A stretch of DNA of 43,920 nt from positions 1 to 43,920 of IMG/VR virus record IMGVR_UViG_3300038825_000664; one strand, given 5' to 3'. Positions 1 to 7,899 of this stretch are shown in pieces. A program made the translations under genes and the position numbers. This stretch comes from a virus. The notes under the pieces were generated by a model. The model did not search any database and was not told the origin of the DNA. It worked only from the letters and a program-made list of their open reading frames with translations. How positions within the stretch are numbered: position 1 is the first letter of the stretch; every line of letters starts with the position of its first letter.

Positions 1-99
1 TGTCGTCACCTATTCTCTTTTAGCATTTTAAAATAATCATCTGTTGCAGCTTCTCTCAATTCTGCATCGAGCCATAGACCATGACTTCGGTTACCAGCG
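1..99. repeat. Left copy of an exact 99-nt end overlap, identical to 43822..43920
   Basis: Read directly: bases 1-99 recur base for base at 43822-43920. This implies a 43,821-bp circular or terminally redundant unit. Confidence 0.97.
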
Positions 100-275
100 T
101 TGAAAGCGTGCTGAATAGAGTCCTTATCGAATATACTCTCAAATGTACAGCACATTTGCAAACATCTCCACATAAAAGCTCTACCATTCTCAGTCTTCAT
201 TGTATTACGAATAGCAAGTAATTCCAACTCACGAGCATCATTGTGTTTTTTACGACCTTCATCTTCATCAAACAT
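6..275 (-). CDS. Small head-module protein, 89 aa, function unknown (possibly Bbp19-like, from weak recollection)
   Basis: The ATG overlaps the portal stop (TAATG). The gene sits between portal and scaffold across the window junction. There is no competing frame. Confidence 0.65.
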   Translation of the reverse strand: MFDEDEGRKKHNDARELELLAIRNTMKTENGRAFMWRCLQMCCTFESIFDKDSIQHAFNAGNRSHGLWLDAELREAATDDYFKMLKENR

Positions 276-1945
276 TATGCTAACCCTGCTCTACGCATCG
301 TCGCACCGAGCGCATTATCTTCACTCATGTCAGTTTCAGATGCAGTCTTCGCCATCTCAACACCTTGTTGTGCAGTTGCCATTGCTTGAGCCTGTGCAGC
401 TTGTTGTGCTTCAGCTTGAGCCATTGCAGCAACTTCTTCATCACTGCGAACCATTGAAGGATCAACACCGAGTGATTCAGCATACTCATCGATTGCACGT
501 GAAGCATTAACCTTGTGACGTGCTTCGGGCCATACAGCAGCAACTTGACTGGTGAACCCTACTAGACGGTCAACAGCACCGGTGGCAACAAGTCGTTGTG
601 CTTGTGCTAACACTGATACATATTCAACGTTCAAATCTTTATTCTGTAACTCAGGTGGTGGTTCAGGTAGTACACCATTCTGTTGAAGTATGTTGAATGT
701 TCTGTCAATCAATGGATCAAGCAACTCAGTATGCAAACGTTCAAGTACGGGACCTAACATCAACAACTTCTCTTCATGCTTCTCAGCAACTTCACGAGCT
801 GTTATCTGACGACGGTCAGTCTGTGCCAACATCAAGAATAAATCTTCATAGAATGCACGTTGAACACGGTTCTCGACGTTACCTATCTCTTGATTGATTG
901 CATTGATGTCAGGACGGTAGTCATAAATACTACGCAACCCTTCACCATTCTGGTCGTGCCATATAACATCATTGGGTCCAACTACACCACCATTGAGCTT
1001 GTTCTTCATTGACGAAGGACCTTGCAGTGGTGGATTAACAATCTTATCTAATGCTTGATACTTACGACGTTCAGCAAGTTGTAACGCTTTAGTGTCACCA
1101 AGTCCCGTGATACCTGGGCAATCAGTAGCATATACATCTTCAGCAGTAACGTCCCAACGTGGTGCTAATATTGGGAAGTCATCAAAACCTGATTCACGTA
1201 AGAACTTTTCAGTACCTTCTTTAGTACCATTCTTCGCTTCGTAGTAAACACTGCGCCATGCTTTCTGACTGGCTAGTGGACTGTTACCATCACGGTCATC
1301 ATTGGGTTCAATAGCATGAACAATCTTAACCCATGACTCACTGTTACCTTTTTTCCATTGTTCCATTACAGATTGACTGACGTTATCTTCACCAAACTGT
1401 TTAATACATTGACCGACACTAATTTCATATTCACGGTAGAAAGTATCTGCTGTGTTCTGACTGTTCAAGCCAAGCATGTAGCTACCAACAGTGTACGGTT
1501 TACACCAGATGACATTTTCAAAGTCTTGGTAAACTCCCATTGATGCAGTACCAAACACACCGAGTTCAGAATATAACTGATGTAGTGCATTGTAAGTATT
1601 CGACTGTGAGAACACTTTGTACATAATTTGTTGAACTTGATGCAACCACATCTTCACTGCTTGAATATCATCAAGGTCGCTATCACCAGTGCCAAGTCTG
1701 AACCAAGGTCTAGCCGGTGATGTAATACCTGACATCATTCCTGATGCAAGTGTGCGTGATGCCATGCGTGAAGTATTGTTAATTTGTTTCGTGTTTCGCT
1801 TGTAACCTTTGTTACGGTCAGACGTTAAGAATCGACCACGATGTGCAAGGTGGTAATCAGATAACTCACGATACAGTGGGATAAATGAAGAACGTTCCGA
1901 GCGCAATGCTTCAAGTCGTTTGTTATAACTGTTAATAGTTGGCAT
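275..1945 (-). CDS. Portal (head-to-tail connector) protein, 556 aa
   Basis: Size and position fit: downstream of the terminase genes and upstream of scaffold and capsid. The N-terminal region resembles podovirus connector proteins as I remember them. The start is coupled to the upstream stop by TAATG. Confidence 0.8.
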   Translation of the reverse strand: MPTINSYNKRLEALRSERSSFIPLYRELSDYHLAHRGRFLTSDRNKGYKRNTKQINNTSRMASRTLASGMMSGITSPARPWFRLGTGDSDLDDIQAVKMWLHQVQQIMYKVFSQSNTYNALHQLYSELGVFGTASMGVYQDFENVIWCKPYTVGSYMLGLNSQNTADTFYREYEISVGQCIKQFGEDNVSQSVMEQWKKGNSESWVKIVHAIEPNDDRDGNSPLASQKAWRSVYYEAKNGTKEGTEKFLRESGFDDFPILAPRWDVTAEDVYATDCPGITGLGDTKALQLAERRKYQALDKIVNPPLQGPSSMKNKLNGGVVGPNDVIWHDQNGEGLRSIYDYRPDINAINQEIGNVENRVQRAFYEDLFLMLAQTDRRQITAREVAEKHEEKLLMLGPVLERLHTELLDPLIDRTFNILQQNGVLPEPPPELQNKDLNVEYVSVLAQAQRLVATGAVDRLVGFTSQVAAVWPEARHKVNASRAIDEYAESLGVDPSMVRSDEEVAAMAQAEAQQAAQAQAMATAQQGVEMAKTASETDMSEDNALGATMRRAGLA

Positions 1946-3621
1946 TATAAATCATCCTCCCAGCCTATAGCTGCTTCAATATCTGCGACATTACCGCTAG
2001 GAAAAGTTGCCGCAATTGTTATAGAGTCCATGGGTTGTAATTCTTCCATTACTTTACTCAAGTCTTTTTCTAACTCAGTCCTGGTACTATAACATCTGAT
2101 AGAATTCGTCGAAGTTATAGCAACACTGTTATTAGCTACTTCAGCTAAACTATTAGGTTCATCAAAGAAGTTGTAATCAAAAAACCCTGATGTAATAGCA
2201 TTTTTGTATACATAGAACGTTGTTATCTTTGTTGATTCAGTTGATAAACTTAGATCTTTAAGAAACATATTTGTTCTGTTAGTTTTATCACCAAACAACA
2301 TTCGGTTTCTGATTGTCAATATGTTTGTAGGTGGTAACCCATTACTTACCGATTGCGTATGGCATACCCCATTGGGTTGACCGTGTACCGTGTACTCACC
2401 TTCTGTTTCTATACTTGCACCAGCTCCACTGACTTTTATGTTACTTGTATTCCCAGTGTTACGACTAGCCCAACCACAACGGAATGTGGGAACTTCGACA
2501 CTTGGTAGTACATTTCTATCTGCATATTTATCAATGTGAACTAATACAAATTCACCAGTGTCCCTGTCTTTTATTGAAAAGTGAGTATTACCGAAACCTA
2601 AGTACGGATAAGAAACTTTATACTCATTACCCATTTGGGGGTTGATTATGAAATCAGGTCGTTCACTCCAATCTGCTTTTACCGTCCAACGTTCAGTGGG
2701 TATGGCATTAGATCCTATCAAGTTGAATGCAGCAACAGCAGTCCCACTTGAGAAATCATATAAACCACCACCGATCTCAGGTAATAGACCTAGTGTAGTA
2801 ACTACAGCACCATTCGACGCAAAACTGAAACCGTTAACCTGTGAATTCAAAGACTCTGCTATCTCATACGCATTTTCTTCAATAGACGAATTAGTTATGT
2901 CAACGTTGTAAGGTGTACCATTGATGGTGATGATTGCTGTTTCAAGTGCACCAGCACCCACTGTGATTGTTAGCTCATATATCTCAAGCTTACCACCGTT
3001 AGCAAACCCGATACCATATTCCAGTCCATTGTAACCAAACCCTATGAGACTACCTGATGTTTGCAAAGCTGCAAATTGAGTGTTGTTTTCAGCAGGTGTG
3101 TCGAACACTGCTGAGATTTTCCCAACTATGCCTTGACCAGCCTTGACACTTACTTGTTCGTTTGTTGATATGGCAGAAACACCATTGGCAGAAACACCAG
3201 TTGATGCTTCAAACATTGAATTATTTACTTCTACAGTACCACCGAGTGACACACGAAACACACTGGGTATGAATCCATACTGTCCTGTTATTTGCGCCCT
3301 AAATGTCGGACTCACTGTGATAAGTTCACTGTATGCAGATAATTGGGGTCCTGGTGGTACTCGTTGCTCAGTAACAGTCAGTGCTGAACGTTCTGTCATA
3401 GCTAACGCCCACACTACAACTTCAACCATCGGAAGGTTCAACGGTGGGTGTTCACCACCTAACTCGTGAAATACATCATTCGACCTAGCAGGTTTCACTG
3501 TACTGAATGCAACACGCACTGTGTCACGATGTGACTGCAACAACAGTGATGATGGTGTCAGTGGGTCAGAAGTAACTCTGACATACTGAGTGACATCAAG
3601 ATTGACACGAGAAGTTGCCAT
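1945..3621 (-). CDS. 558-aa beta-rich protein of unknown function inserted between terL and portal (putative virion-associated)
   Basis: Long clean ORF in the late operon, with its stop overlapping the portal ATG. Composition is Gly/Asn/Thr/Ser-rich. I recognise no catalytic motif. Confidence 0.7.
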   Translation of the reverse strand: MATSRVNLDVTQYVRVTSDPLTPSSLLLQSHRDTVRVAFSTVKPARSNDVFHELGGEHPPLNLPMVEVVVWALAMTERSALTVTEQRVPPGPQLSAYSELITVSPTFRAQITGQYGFIPSVFRVSLGGTVEVNNSMFEASTGVSANGVSAISTNEQVSVKAGQGIVGKISAVFDTPAENNTQFAALQTSGSLIGFGYNGLEYGIGFANGGKLEIYELTITVGAGALETAIITINGTPYNVDITNSSIEENAYEIAESLNSQVNGFSFASNGAVVTTLGLLPEIGGGLYDFSSGTAVAAFNLIGSNAIPTERWTVKADWSERPDFIINPQMGNEYKVSYPYLGFGNTHFSIKDRDTGEFVLVHIDKYADRNVLPSVEVPTFRCGWASRNTGNTSNIKVSGAGASIETEGEYTVHGQPNGVCHTQSVSNGLPPTNILTIRNRMLFGDKTNRTNMFLKDLSLSTESTKITTFYVYKNAITSGFFDYNFFDEPNSLAEVANNSVAITSTNSIRCYSTRTELEKDLSKVMEELQPMDSITIAATFPSGNVADIEAAIGWEDDL

Positions 3622-3624
3622 TGG

Positions 3625-3837
3625 TTATTGGCCCAATAATGTTTTAGTTGCTGTTGCTGCACCATCAGATACACCACGAGAACTTGTCAATATTGTACTA
3701 CGACCATCCCCCGTTGCTGCTGCACGACGACGTTTATCAGTGCCTTGTGCTGCTTGACTTGAACCAGTGTCCGGTGCACGTGGTGCTTCCGGTACTGCTG
3801 GTGGTGGTGCTGGCGCTCTTGGTGAACCTCCACACAT
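3625..3837 (-). CDS. 70-aa Pro/Ala/Arg/Gly-rich, probably disordered protein
   Basis: Strong SD (AGGAGAA, 6 nt before the ATG). The stop lies 3 nt before the next ATG. The sequence begins MCGGSPRAPAPPPAVPEAP and ends in a TILTS...KTLLGQ-type tail. Confidence 0.6.
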   Translation of the reverse strand: MCGGSPRAPAPPPAVPEAPRAPDTGSSQAAQGTDKRRRAAATGDGRSTILTSSRGVSDGAATATKTLLGQ

Positions 3838-3896
3838 GTGAATTCTCCTATTGACTTATACAATTAATGGAATAATAGCACACTGTTAAACAATGT

Positions 3897-5414
3897 CTAC
3901 ATGTAGTCATCTGAGTTCATTGAGTCCAAAGGGTTATAATCACCACGTGGTTTGTTGCGTATATGAGGATTGTGGTCGAGATGTCCACGTGGTGTCTCAC
4001 GTTTTGGTACTGGTTCAGCAAACGTCAAGTACAATGCATCAGCCCAATCTGGTGACACACCGAGTCGTTTCTTCATGTCCTTTTTACGTTCAAGCACAAG
4101 CTGATCTTTATCATTGTGACCGAACTCACGTGATGTCAGTTCAATCTCAAGTTGTGGGTCATTAGGAATAGCACCACCGTCAAGCAACCACTGTCTACAA
4201 TGTGAACCCATCTCAGCAGTACGCATCTTGAAGTGCTTCACATCAGCAGCATTATCACCGAAACCTACATCAATGACATGGTAACCGAGTTGACGCATTC
4301 TATCTGCAACCGGTCCACCCATTGAACCTTTATCCATGAAGGTAACATCAGGTTTATGTCTATCAAGTATCATTTGCAACAGTGACACGACCTTCATTGA
4401 GTCACGTGACTTCTCACCTGGTATGCGATAAACCTTCTCAGACTTACCATCTTTACCACGACGGAACACAATCATACAATTATCTTCACCACCACGTGCC
4501 ATGTCGATACCACAGATTAAAGGGTCATCACCAAGGTAAGCACCAGACCCACGACGCATTGCATCATAGACCACATCAGATGGAATGAACTGCATATCAC
4601 CACCATGAGGAAACATGCCACGCACACGAACCTTAACAAAGTCACTGTCTTCACCGAAGTCATCTATCCACGTTTGAATCAATCGCTTGTTGGTCATCTT
4701 CGCAGTACGACTGTCAATCTGTCTCGTGATCCATCGGTGACTGTTCTTCCTGAAACATTCAAAGAATGAACCATTATTACGTGTTGGGTTACCGAAACAG
4801 ATGTGCATCGGTTCACCATCAGTCAGACCACCTTTAGCAACTTCCCATATCTTTTCAGGTATTGCTGATGCTTCATCGAATAAGTACCACGGTGTTGAGT
4901 CAGCAGCATGTAAACCAGCGAATGCTTCAGAGTTCTCTTCACGACATGTCTGTGCATCAACTCGCCATGAGTCAGGATAAGCACGATGTACGATTGACAT
5001 TGCATTCATCTGAAACCAGTGACCGGTGATACAGCGTGCACGCCACTTAGATACTTCTGACATTGTTTTAGTTTTGAGCTGGTCACCAGTGTTAGCTGTG
5101 ACAACTCCTTTTGAATTGGGACGTGTTGACATGATCCAGAGTATCAACCAGGCAGACAATGCTGATTTACCGATACCATGACCAGATGACACTGCAACTT
5201 GAACAGGATCAACAGGATCAACACCGTTGAACTTACGTTCTTTAACTTCGTGACCTATTGCATTGAGTATGTCAATTTGCCATTCATCAGGGCCATCGAA
5301 ACCATGAAGAGATGAACCATCTTCTCCCCATTGGAATGCCATCATGACAAAACCAAGTGGGTCATCATAGTATTTGCTGACTTCATCAGCGAGTGTAATA
5401 TCTATATCGGACAT
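3897..5414 (-). CDS. terL: Terminase large subunit, 505 aa
   Basis: Walker A is SGHGIGKS and Walker B-like is WYLFDEAS. A C-terminal nuclease-type acidic motif (GIDMARGGED) is present. The gene follows a TerS-like gene. Confidence 0.9.
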   Translation of the reverse strand: MSDIDITLADEVSKYYDDPLGFVMMAFQWGEDGSSLHGFDGPDEWQIDILNAIGHEVKERKFNGVDPVDPVQVAVSSGHGIGKSALSAWLILWIMSTRPNSKGVVTANTGDQLKTKTMSEVSKWRARCITGHWFQMNAMSIVHRAYPDSWRVDAQTCREENSEAFAGLHAADSTPWYLFDEASAIPEKIWEVAKGGLTDGEPMHICFGNPTRNNGSFFECFRKNSHRWITRQIDSRTAKMTNKRLIQTWIDDFGEDSDFVKVRVRGMFPHGGDMQFIPSDVVYDAMRRGSGAYLGDDPLICGIDMARGGEDNCMIVFRRGKDGKSEKVYRIPGEKSRDSMKVVSLLQMILDRHKPDVTFMDKGSMGGPVADRMRQLGYHVIDVGFGDNAADVKHFKMRTAEMGSHCRQWLLDGGAIPNDPQLEIELTSREFGHNDKDQLVLERKKDMKKRLGVSPDWADALYLTFAEPVPKRETPRGHLDHNPHIRNKPRGDYNPLDSMNSDDYM

Positions 5415-5445
5415 GTGTCACCATTGTCATCACCATGTGAATGAT

Positions 5446-5514
5446 TGCTCATCACTGGTAAGACTGGTGACAGGGTGACGGACTGTCAGTATCTGATGAG
5501 TCCAGTGATGAGCA
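5446..5514 (-). promoter_or_regulatory. Large structured element in the terS-terL spacer: a perfect 13-bp inverted repeat enclosing a 6-bp inner stem
   Basis: tgctcatcactgg (5446-5458) is the exact reverse complement of ccagtgatgagca (5502-5514). The inner pair is tgacag (5468-5473) with ctgtca (5483-5488). Confidence 0.6.
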
Positions 5515-5529
5515 TTGTGAAGAATAGCA

Positions 5530-5976
5530 TTAGAAGAACGTCACGTCATCCTCTATCTCATCGTCAGGCTTACTCAATCGATGTCTCGCAGCAACTAACC
5601 GGTCCATGACATCAGCATCAGTGCTGACCTTTATCTTGTCAGCAGCGAATGCATCGACACGCTTATGCTTACCCACCATGTTAAGTGCAGTGTTACTCGC
5701 GGTGATGTTACCTTGCTGGCGTGCGATACGGTGATTGTCCACCATCTCATACAGTAACCAGTCAGTGTCAATCATGTTGTCTTCAAGACGTTGCTGAATG
5801 ATATGCTCAATAGCTGCACTGACTTCAGGTTCATCAAGTAACCGGTAACCATGATCAGATGAGAACCCAGCAGCTTCCGCAGCTCGACGTGGTGCAAAGT
5901 CTTTGATGTACTCGACAACAAAATACGCTTTCTTAGGTGGCAGCTTAATGATGTCTGCAATCGTTATTCTTCTCAT
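5530..5976 (-). CDS. terS: Terminase small subunit, 148 aa
   Basis: The N-terminal segment KKAYFVVEYIKDFAPRRAAEAAGFSSDHGYRLLDEPEVSAAIE matches the Terminase_2-type HTH pattern. The gene lies immediately upstream of terL and has an ATGA overlap with the preceding gene. Confidence 0.78.
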   Translation of the reverse strand: MRRITIADIIKLPPKKAYFVVEYIKDFAPRRAAEAAGFSSDHGYRLLDEPEVSAAIEHIIQQRLEDNMIDTDWLLYEMVDNHRIARQQGNITASNTALNMVGKHKRVDAFAADKIKVSTDADVMDRLVAARHRLSKPDDEIEDDVTFF

Positions 5977-6476
5977 AGGAAGCTCACTTCAGGTTTACTC
6001 AATGCCTTGAAAGCATCTTCAATATCTTCATAGTAACCTATAACAGTCTTATTGTAATCATGGTCAACTGCTACCACGGTGAATTGTTTGTGTTCAAAGC
6101 AGTACGACACCACTGTGCTGTTCTTCGCTCTATCTCGATGAACACGTACTTGGTCGAATGGTACTACGTACAGGTTATCAATACAGAAGTTAGTATCACG
6201 TGGGTTCATGGTTCTGATTTTACCCATGATCAGTTCACCGGTGACATGTTGCCATATCATACGAAGCCCACAATGCTTATCACCTTGCTGTTTAATCTTG
6301 TACTCACCTAAACCCCGTTTACCTGCAACAGACCCTGGTTTGGCTCGTGACATCTTGGATATGATGGTTTCACGTTTACCATTGGGTTTGATATAAACAA
6401 ACTCATCGTTAAGTGCTTGCCACCGTAGACAACCTTCTTCATGGTCGTATGTAAATCGTTCTTGTAAATGGTTCAT
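5973..6476 (-). CDS. HNH_3-like/AP2-domain DNA-binding protein with a degenerate HNH motif, 167 aa
   Basis: I moved the start to the ATG at 6476, which has an AGGAGAA SD and lies downstream of a predicted promoter. The pattern YDHEEGCLRW...GSVAG...LRMIWQHVTGE is typical of phage HNH_3 proteins. The His-Asn-His core reads IRTMNPRDTNFCIDNLY, so the catalytic His is missing. The C-terminal VSYCFEHKQFTVVAVDHDYNKTVIGYYEDIEDAFKAL looks like an AP2 domain. Confidence 0.6.
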   Translation of the reverse strand: MNHLQERFTYDHEEGCLRWQALNDEFVYIKPNGKRETIISKMSRAKPGSVAGKRGLGEYKIKQQGDKHCGLRMIWQHVTGELIMGKIRTMNPRDTNFCIDNLYVVPFDQVRVHRDRAKNSTVVSYCFEHKQFTVVAVDHDYNKTVIGYYEDIEDAFKALSKPEVSFL

Positions 6477-6498
6477 TAGTGTTCTCCTGTTTGTGGGT

Positions 6499-6527
6499 AA
6501 TATACCACCGTTCAAGATGTTCATCAA
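6499..6527 (-). promoter_or_regulatory. Sigma70-like promoter candidate for the packaging/late operon (TTGATG-N17-TATATT)
   Basis: On the minus strand the -35 TTGATG is at 6522-6527 and the -10 TATATT is at 6499-6504, with a 17-nt spacer. It lies about 25 nt upstream of the 6476 ATG. Confidence 0.45.
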
Positions 6528-6550
6528 TCAACATTCTCACCGTTCAATCC

Positions 6551-6926
6551 ATGACACAATGACGGTGACACATCGCAAAACATACTCAAGGATTACTTTG
6601 CAGGGTATACCCCACAATCACAATCTTACGGTTTTATACTTAAAAATGTGTCATTAATAATAAATAAGAGTAAAGAGTATAAGAAACAACAACTTAACCC
6701 ATGACAGTTTGATCACGATCCATGACACATTAAATGCTAAGTTGTTGTTTTCCTTGAACTTCCCAATGACACATTATCACTTTACTGTACCACAAAATAC
6801 CACGACATCCAGCACCATTGTAGCTGTGAGTCACCATTCTAAGCATCATTTCATCATCAACATTCTAAGCATCAACATTTCTAGCGACATGACACATTAA
6901 TGACACATCCACTTTCAATGTGTCAC
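6551..6926. repeat. Cluster of nine (A/G)TGACACAT boxes in the largest non-coding region
   Basis: Exact ATGACACAT occurs at 6722, 6766, 6889, 6900 and, inverted, at 6646. One-mismatch copies are at 6551, 6565 and, inverted, at 6918. A two-mismatch copy is at 6701. An AT-rich core spans roughly 6630-6700. Confidence 0.85.
6835..6874. repeat. 14-bp direct repeat cattctaagcatca, two copies
   Basis: Copies are at 6835-6848 and 6861-6874, 26 bp apart, inside the non-coding region. Confidence 0.85.
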
Positions 6927-6931
6927 GCAAT

Positions 6932-6952
6932 AAAAAACCACTCGAAAGTGGC
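6932..6952 (-). terminator. Rho-independent terminator closing the leftward early operon
   Basis: The minus-strand RNA reads GCCACU-UUCG-AGUGGU followed by UUUUUU. It starts 7 nt after the stop of the 116-aa gene. Confidence 0.6.
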
Positions 6953-6958
6953 TCTTGG

Positions 6959-7309
6959 TTAAGATGTTTCACGGGTCACAGTAAGTCTTCTTTGATGTAC
7001 AACTCCTTCCCCGATACCAACCGGTTTCCAGAAAGTAATTGTTTCATCGTCACCGGTTAATACATCTAACTTAACACTGTATTCAATGCAGTTAATGTTA
7101 AGCTTTCTAGGTTTCAGTTCACGTACATTGAATTTTGCTGGCGAATCGAAAGGGTTATCTCGACTAAGTGAATATACTACCACACCTGGGTCGGGAGACT
7201 TTTCGATCGGTTTCCATACAACTTCATGTAAATTCTTACGACGTGATGAAGGTTTCAACAGTATGACCGCTATTATTGCTAATGATATAACACCAAGTAT
7301 AATATCCAT
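6959..7309 (-). CDS. 116-aa membrane-anchored protein, unknown function
   Basis: N-terminal hydrophobic helix (MDIILGVISLAIIAVILL). TAATG coupling to the upstream micro-ORF. It is the last gene before the terminator. Confidence 0.7.
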   Translation of the reverse strand: MDIILGVISLAIIAVILLKPSSRRKNLHEVVWKPIEKSPDPGVVVYSLSRDNPFDSPAKFNVRELKPRKLNINCIEYSVKLDVLTGDDETITFWKPVGIGEGVVHQRRLTVTRETS

Positions 7310-7467
7310 TAGCCAATCGCCTCAGTGTAAGAGTAAACTGGAATGAACAGACACCAGTAAGTTGTCACACGATACAATGAAGCGTGTTTATGTTCATCAT
7401 GTCTATCACGATAAATCTTCTTAATGACCGTTTTACTTGTTCTACTGAATAAACTAAACCCAGACAT
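7309..7467 (-). CDS. 52-aa micro-ORF (MSGFSLFSRTSKTVIKKIYRDRHDEHKH...), absent from the ORF track
   Basis: SD AAGGGG lies 7 nt upstream of the ATG. The stop overlaps the ATG of the 116-aa gene (TAATG). Confidence 0.5.
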   Translation of the reverse strand: MSGFSLFSRTSKTVIKKIYRDRHDEHKHASLYRVTTYWCLFIPVYSYTEAIG

Positions 7468-7563
7468 ACCATACCCCTTGATTCAATAAACACCGACGCA
7501 CTGACTTAGCTTGGTGAAGCACAAATGCATGTGACAGTGCTAACCTTAGACTTGCTGACTTGA

Positions 7564-7680
7564 TTAACATTGCACCCACCATACGAAGACTGTGGTCATG
7601 ATAGCCGACACCACATAGAAGATGAACCCACGACGACGTTCAGCAGCAATCTCATTGCCATTCTTACGCTTGTTGATCAT
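7564..7680 (-). CDS. 38-aa micro-ORF with a C-terminal hydrophobic helix (MINKRKNGNEIAAERRRGFIFYVVSAIMTTVFVWWVQC)
   Basis: GGAG lies 9 nt upstream. The ORF starts 1 nt after the previous micro-ORF stop. Confidence 0.5.
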   Translation of the reverse strand: MINKRKNGNEIAAERRRGFIFYVVSAIMTTVFVWWVQC

Positions 7681-7681
7681 G

Positions 7682-7768
7682 TTAAAACTCCAACCGTGTA
7701 GCATGAACCAGTTCAACATATTGACGCATTGTGATGAACCCTTTGATGTGCTGTATGCAATAATTCAT
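7682..7768 (-). CDS. 28-aa micro-ORF (MNYCIQHIKGFITMRQYVELVHATRLEF)
   Basis: GGAGAA SD lies 7 nt upstream. ATGA overlap with the previous micro-ORF stop. Confidence 0.35.
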   Translation of the reverse strand: MNYCIQHIKGFITMRQYVELVHATRLEF

Positions 7769-7899
7769 GATGCTTCTCCATCAGCGAAACCGCGCTCATA
7801 GTCAGCATGTCGAGTTGAACCCTGGACATACGTGTTGTGATGCTTACCATTAACACCATCGGTGAAACCTACTTTATATGCACGTGTTGCTCTCTTCAT
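7765..7899 (-). CDS. 44-aa micro-ORF (MKRATRAYKVGFTDGVNGKHHNTYVQGSTRHADYERGFADGEAS)
   Basis: TAATG overlap with the stop of the 192-aa gene. GAGGG is upstream. The G-F-x-D-G motif occurs twice. Confidence 0.5.
   Translation of the reverse strand: MKRATRAYKVGFTDGVNGKHHNTYVQGSTRHADYERGFADGEAS

Noticed and set aside
241-543. Two short ORFs (241-510 plus strand, 325-543 minus strand) overlapping the 3' end of the portal gene.
   Set aside because: They are alternative or antisense frames of a long, well-supported gene, with repetitive Leu/Gln-rich translations and no ribosome-binding sites.
6709-6900. 63-aa plus-strand ORF inside the box-rich non-coding region.
   Set aside because: It starts at a TTG, has no SD and is low-complexity. 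It is built largely from the repeats themselves and runs opposite to all neighbouring transcription.
6551-6926. Whether the repeated boxes, or the (AP)18 repeat at 15699-15806, could be a CRISPR array.
   Set aside because: The repeats are 9 bp or 6 bp long, irregularly spaced or contiguous. There is no repeat-spacer periodicity of 25-40 bp and there are no cas genes.
7765-7899. Possible ribosome-modulation-factor (RMF)-like nature of the 44-aa micro-ORF, based on RAYKVGFTDGVNGK versus the RMF pattern RA..RGY.AG..G.
   Set aside because: Only the first half resembles RMF. The conserved Cys-Pro-Tyr and Trp-containing second half is missing, so the evidence is too weak to call.
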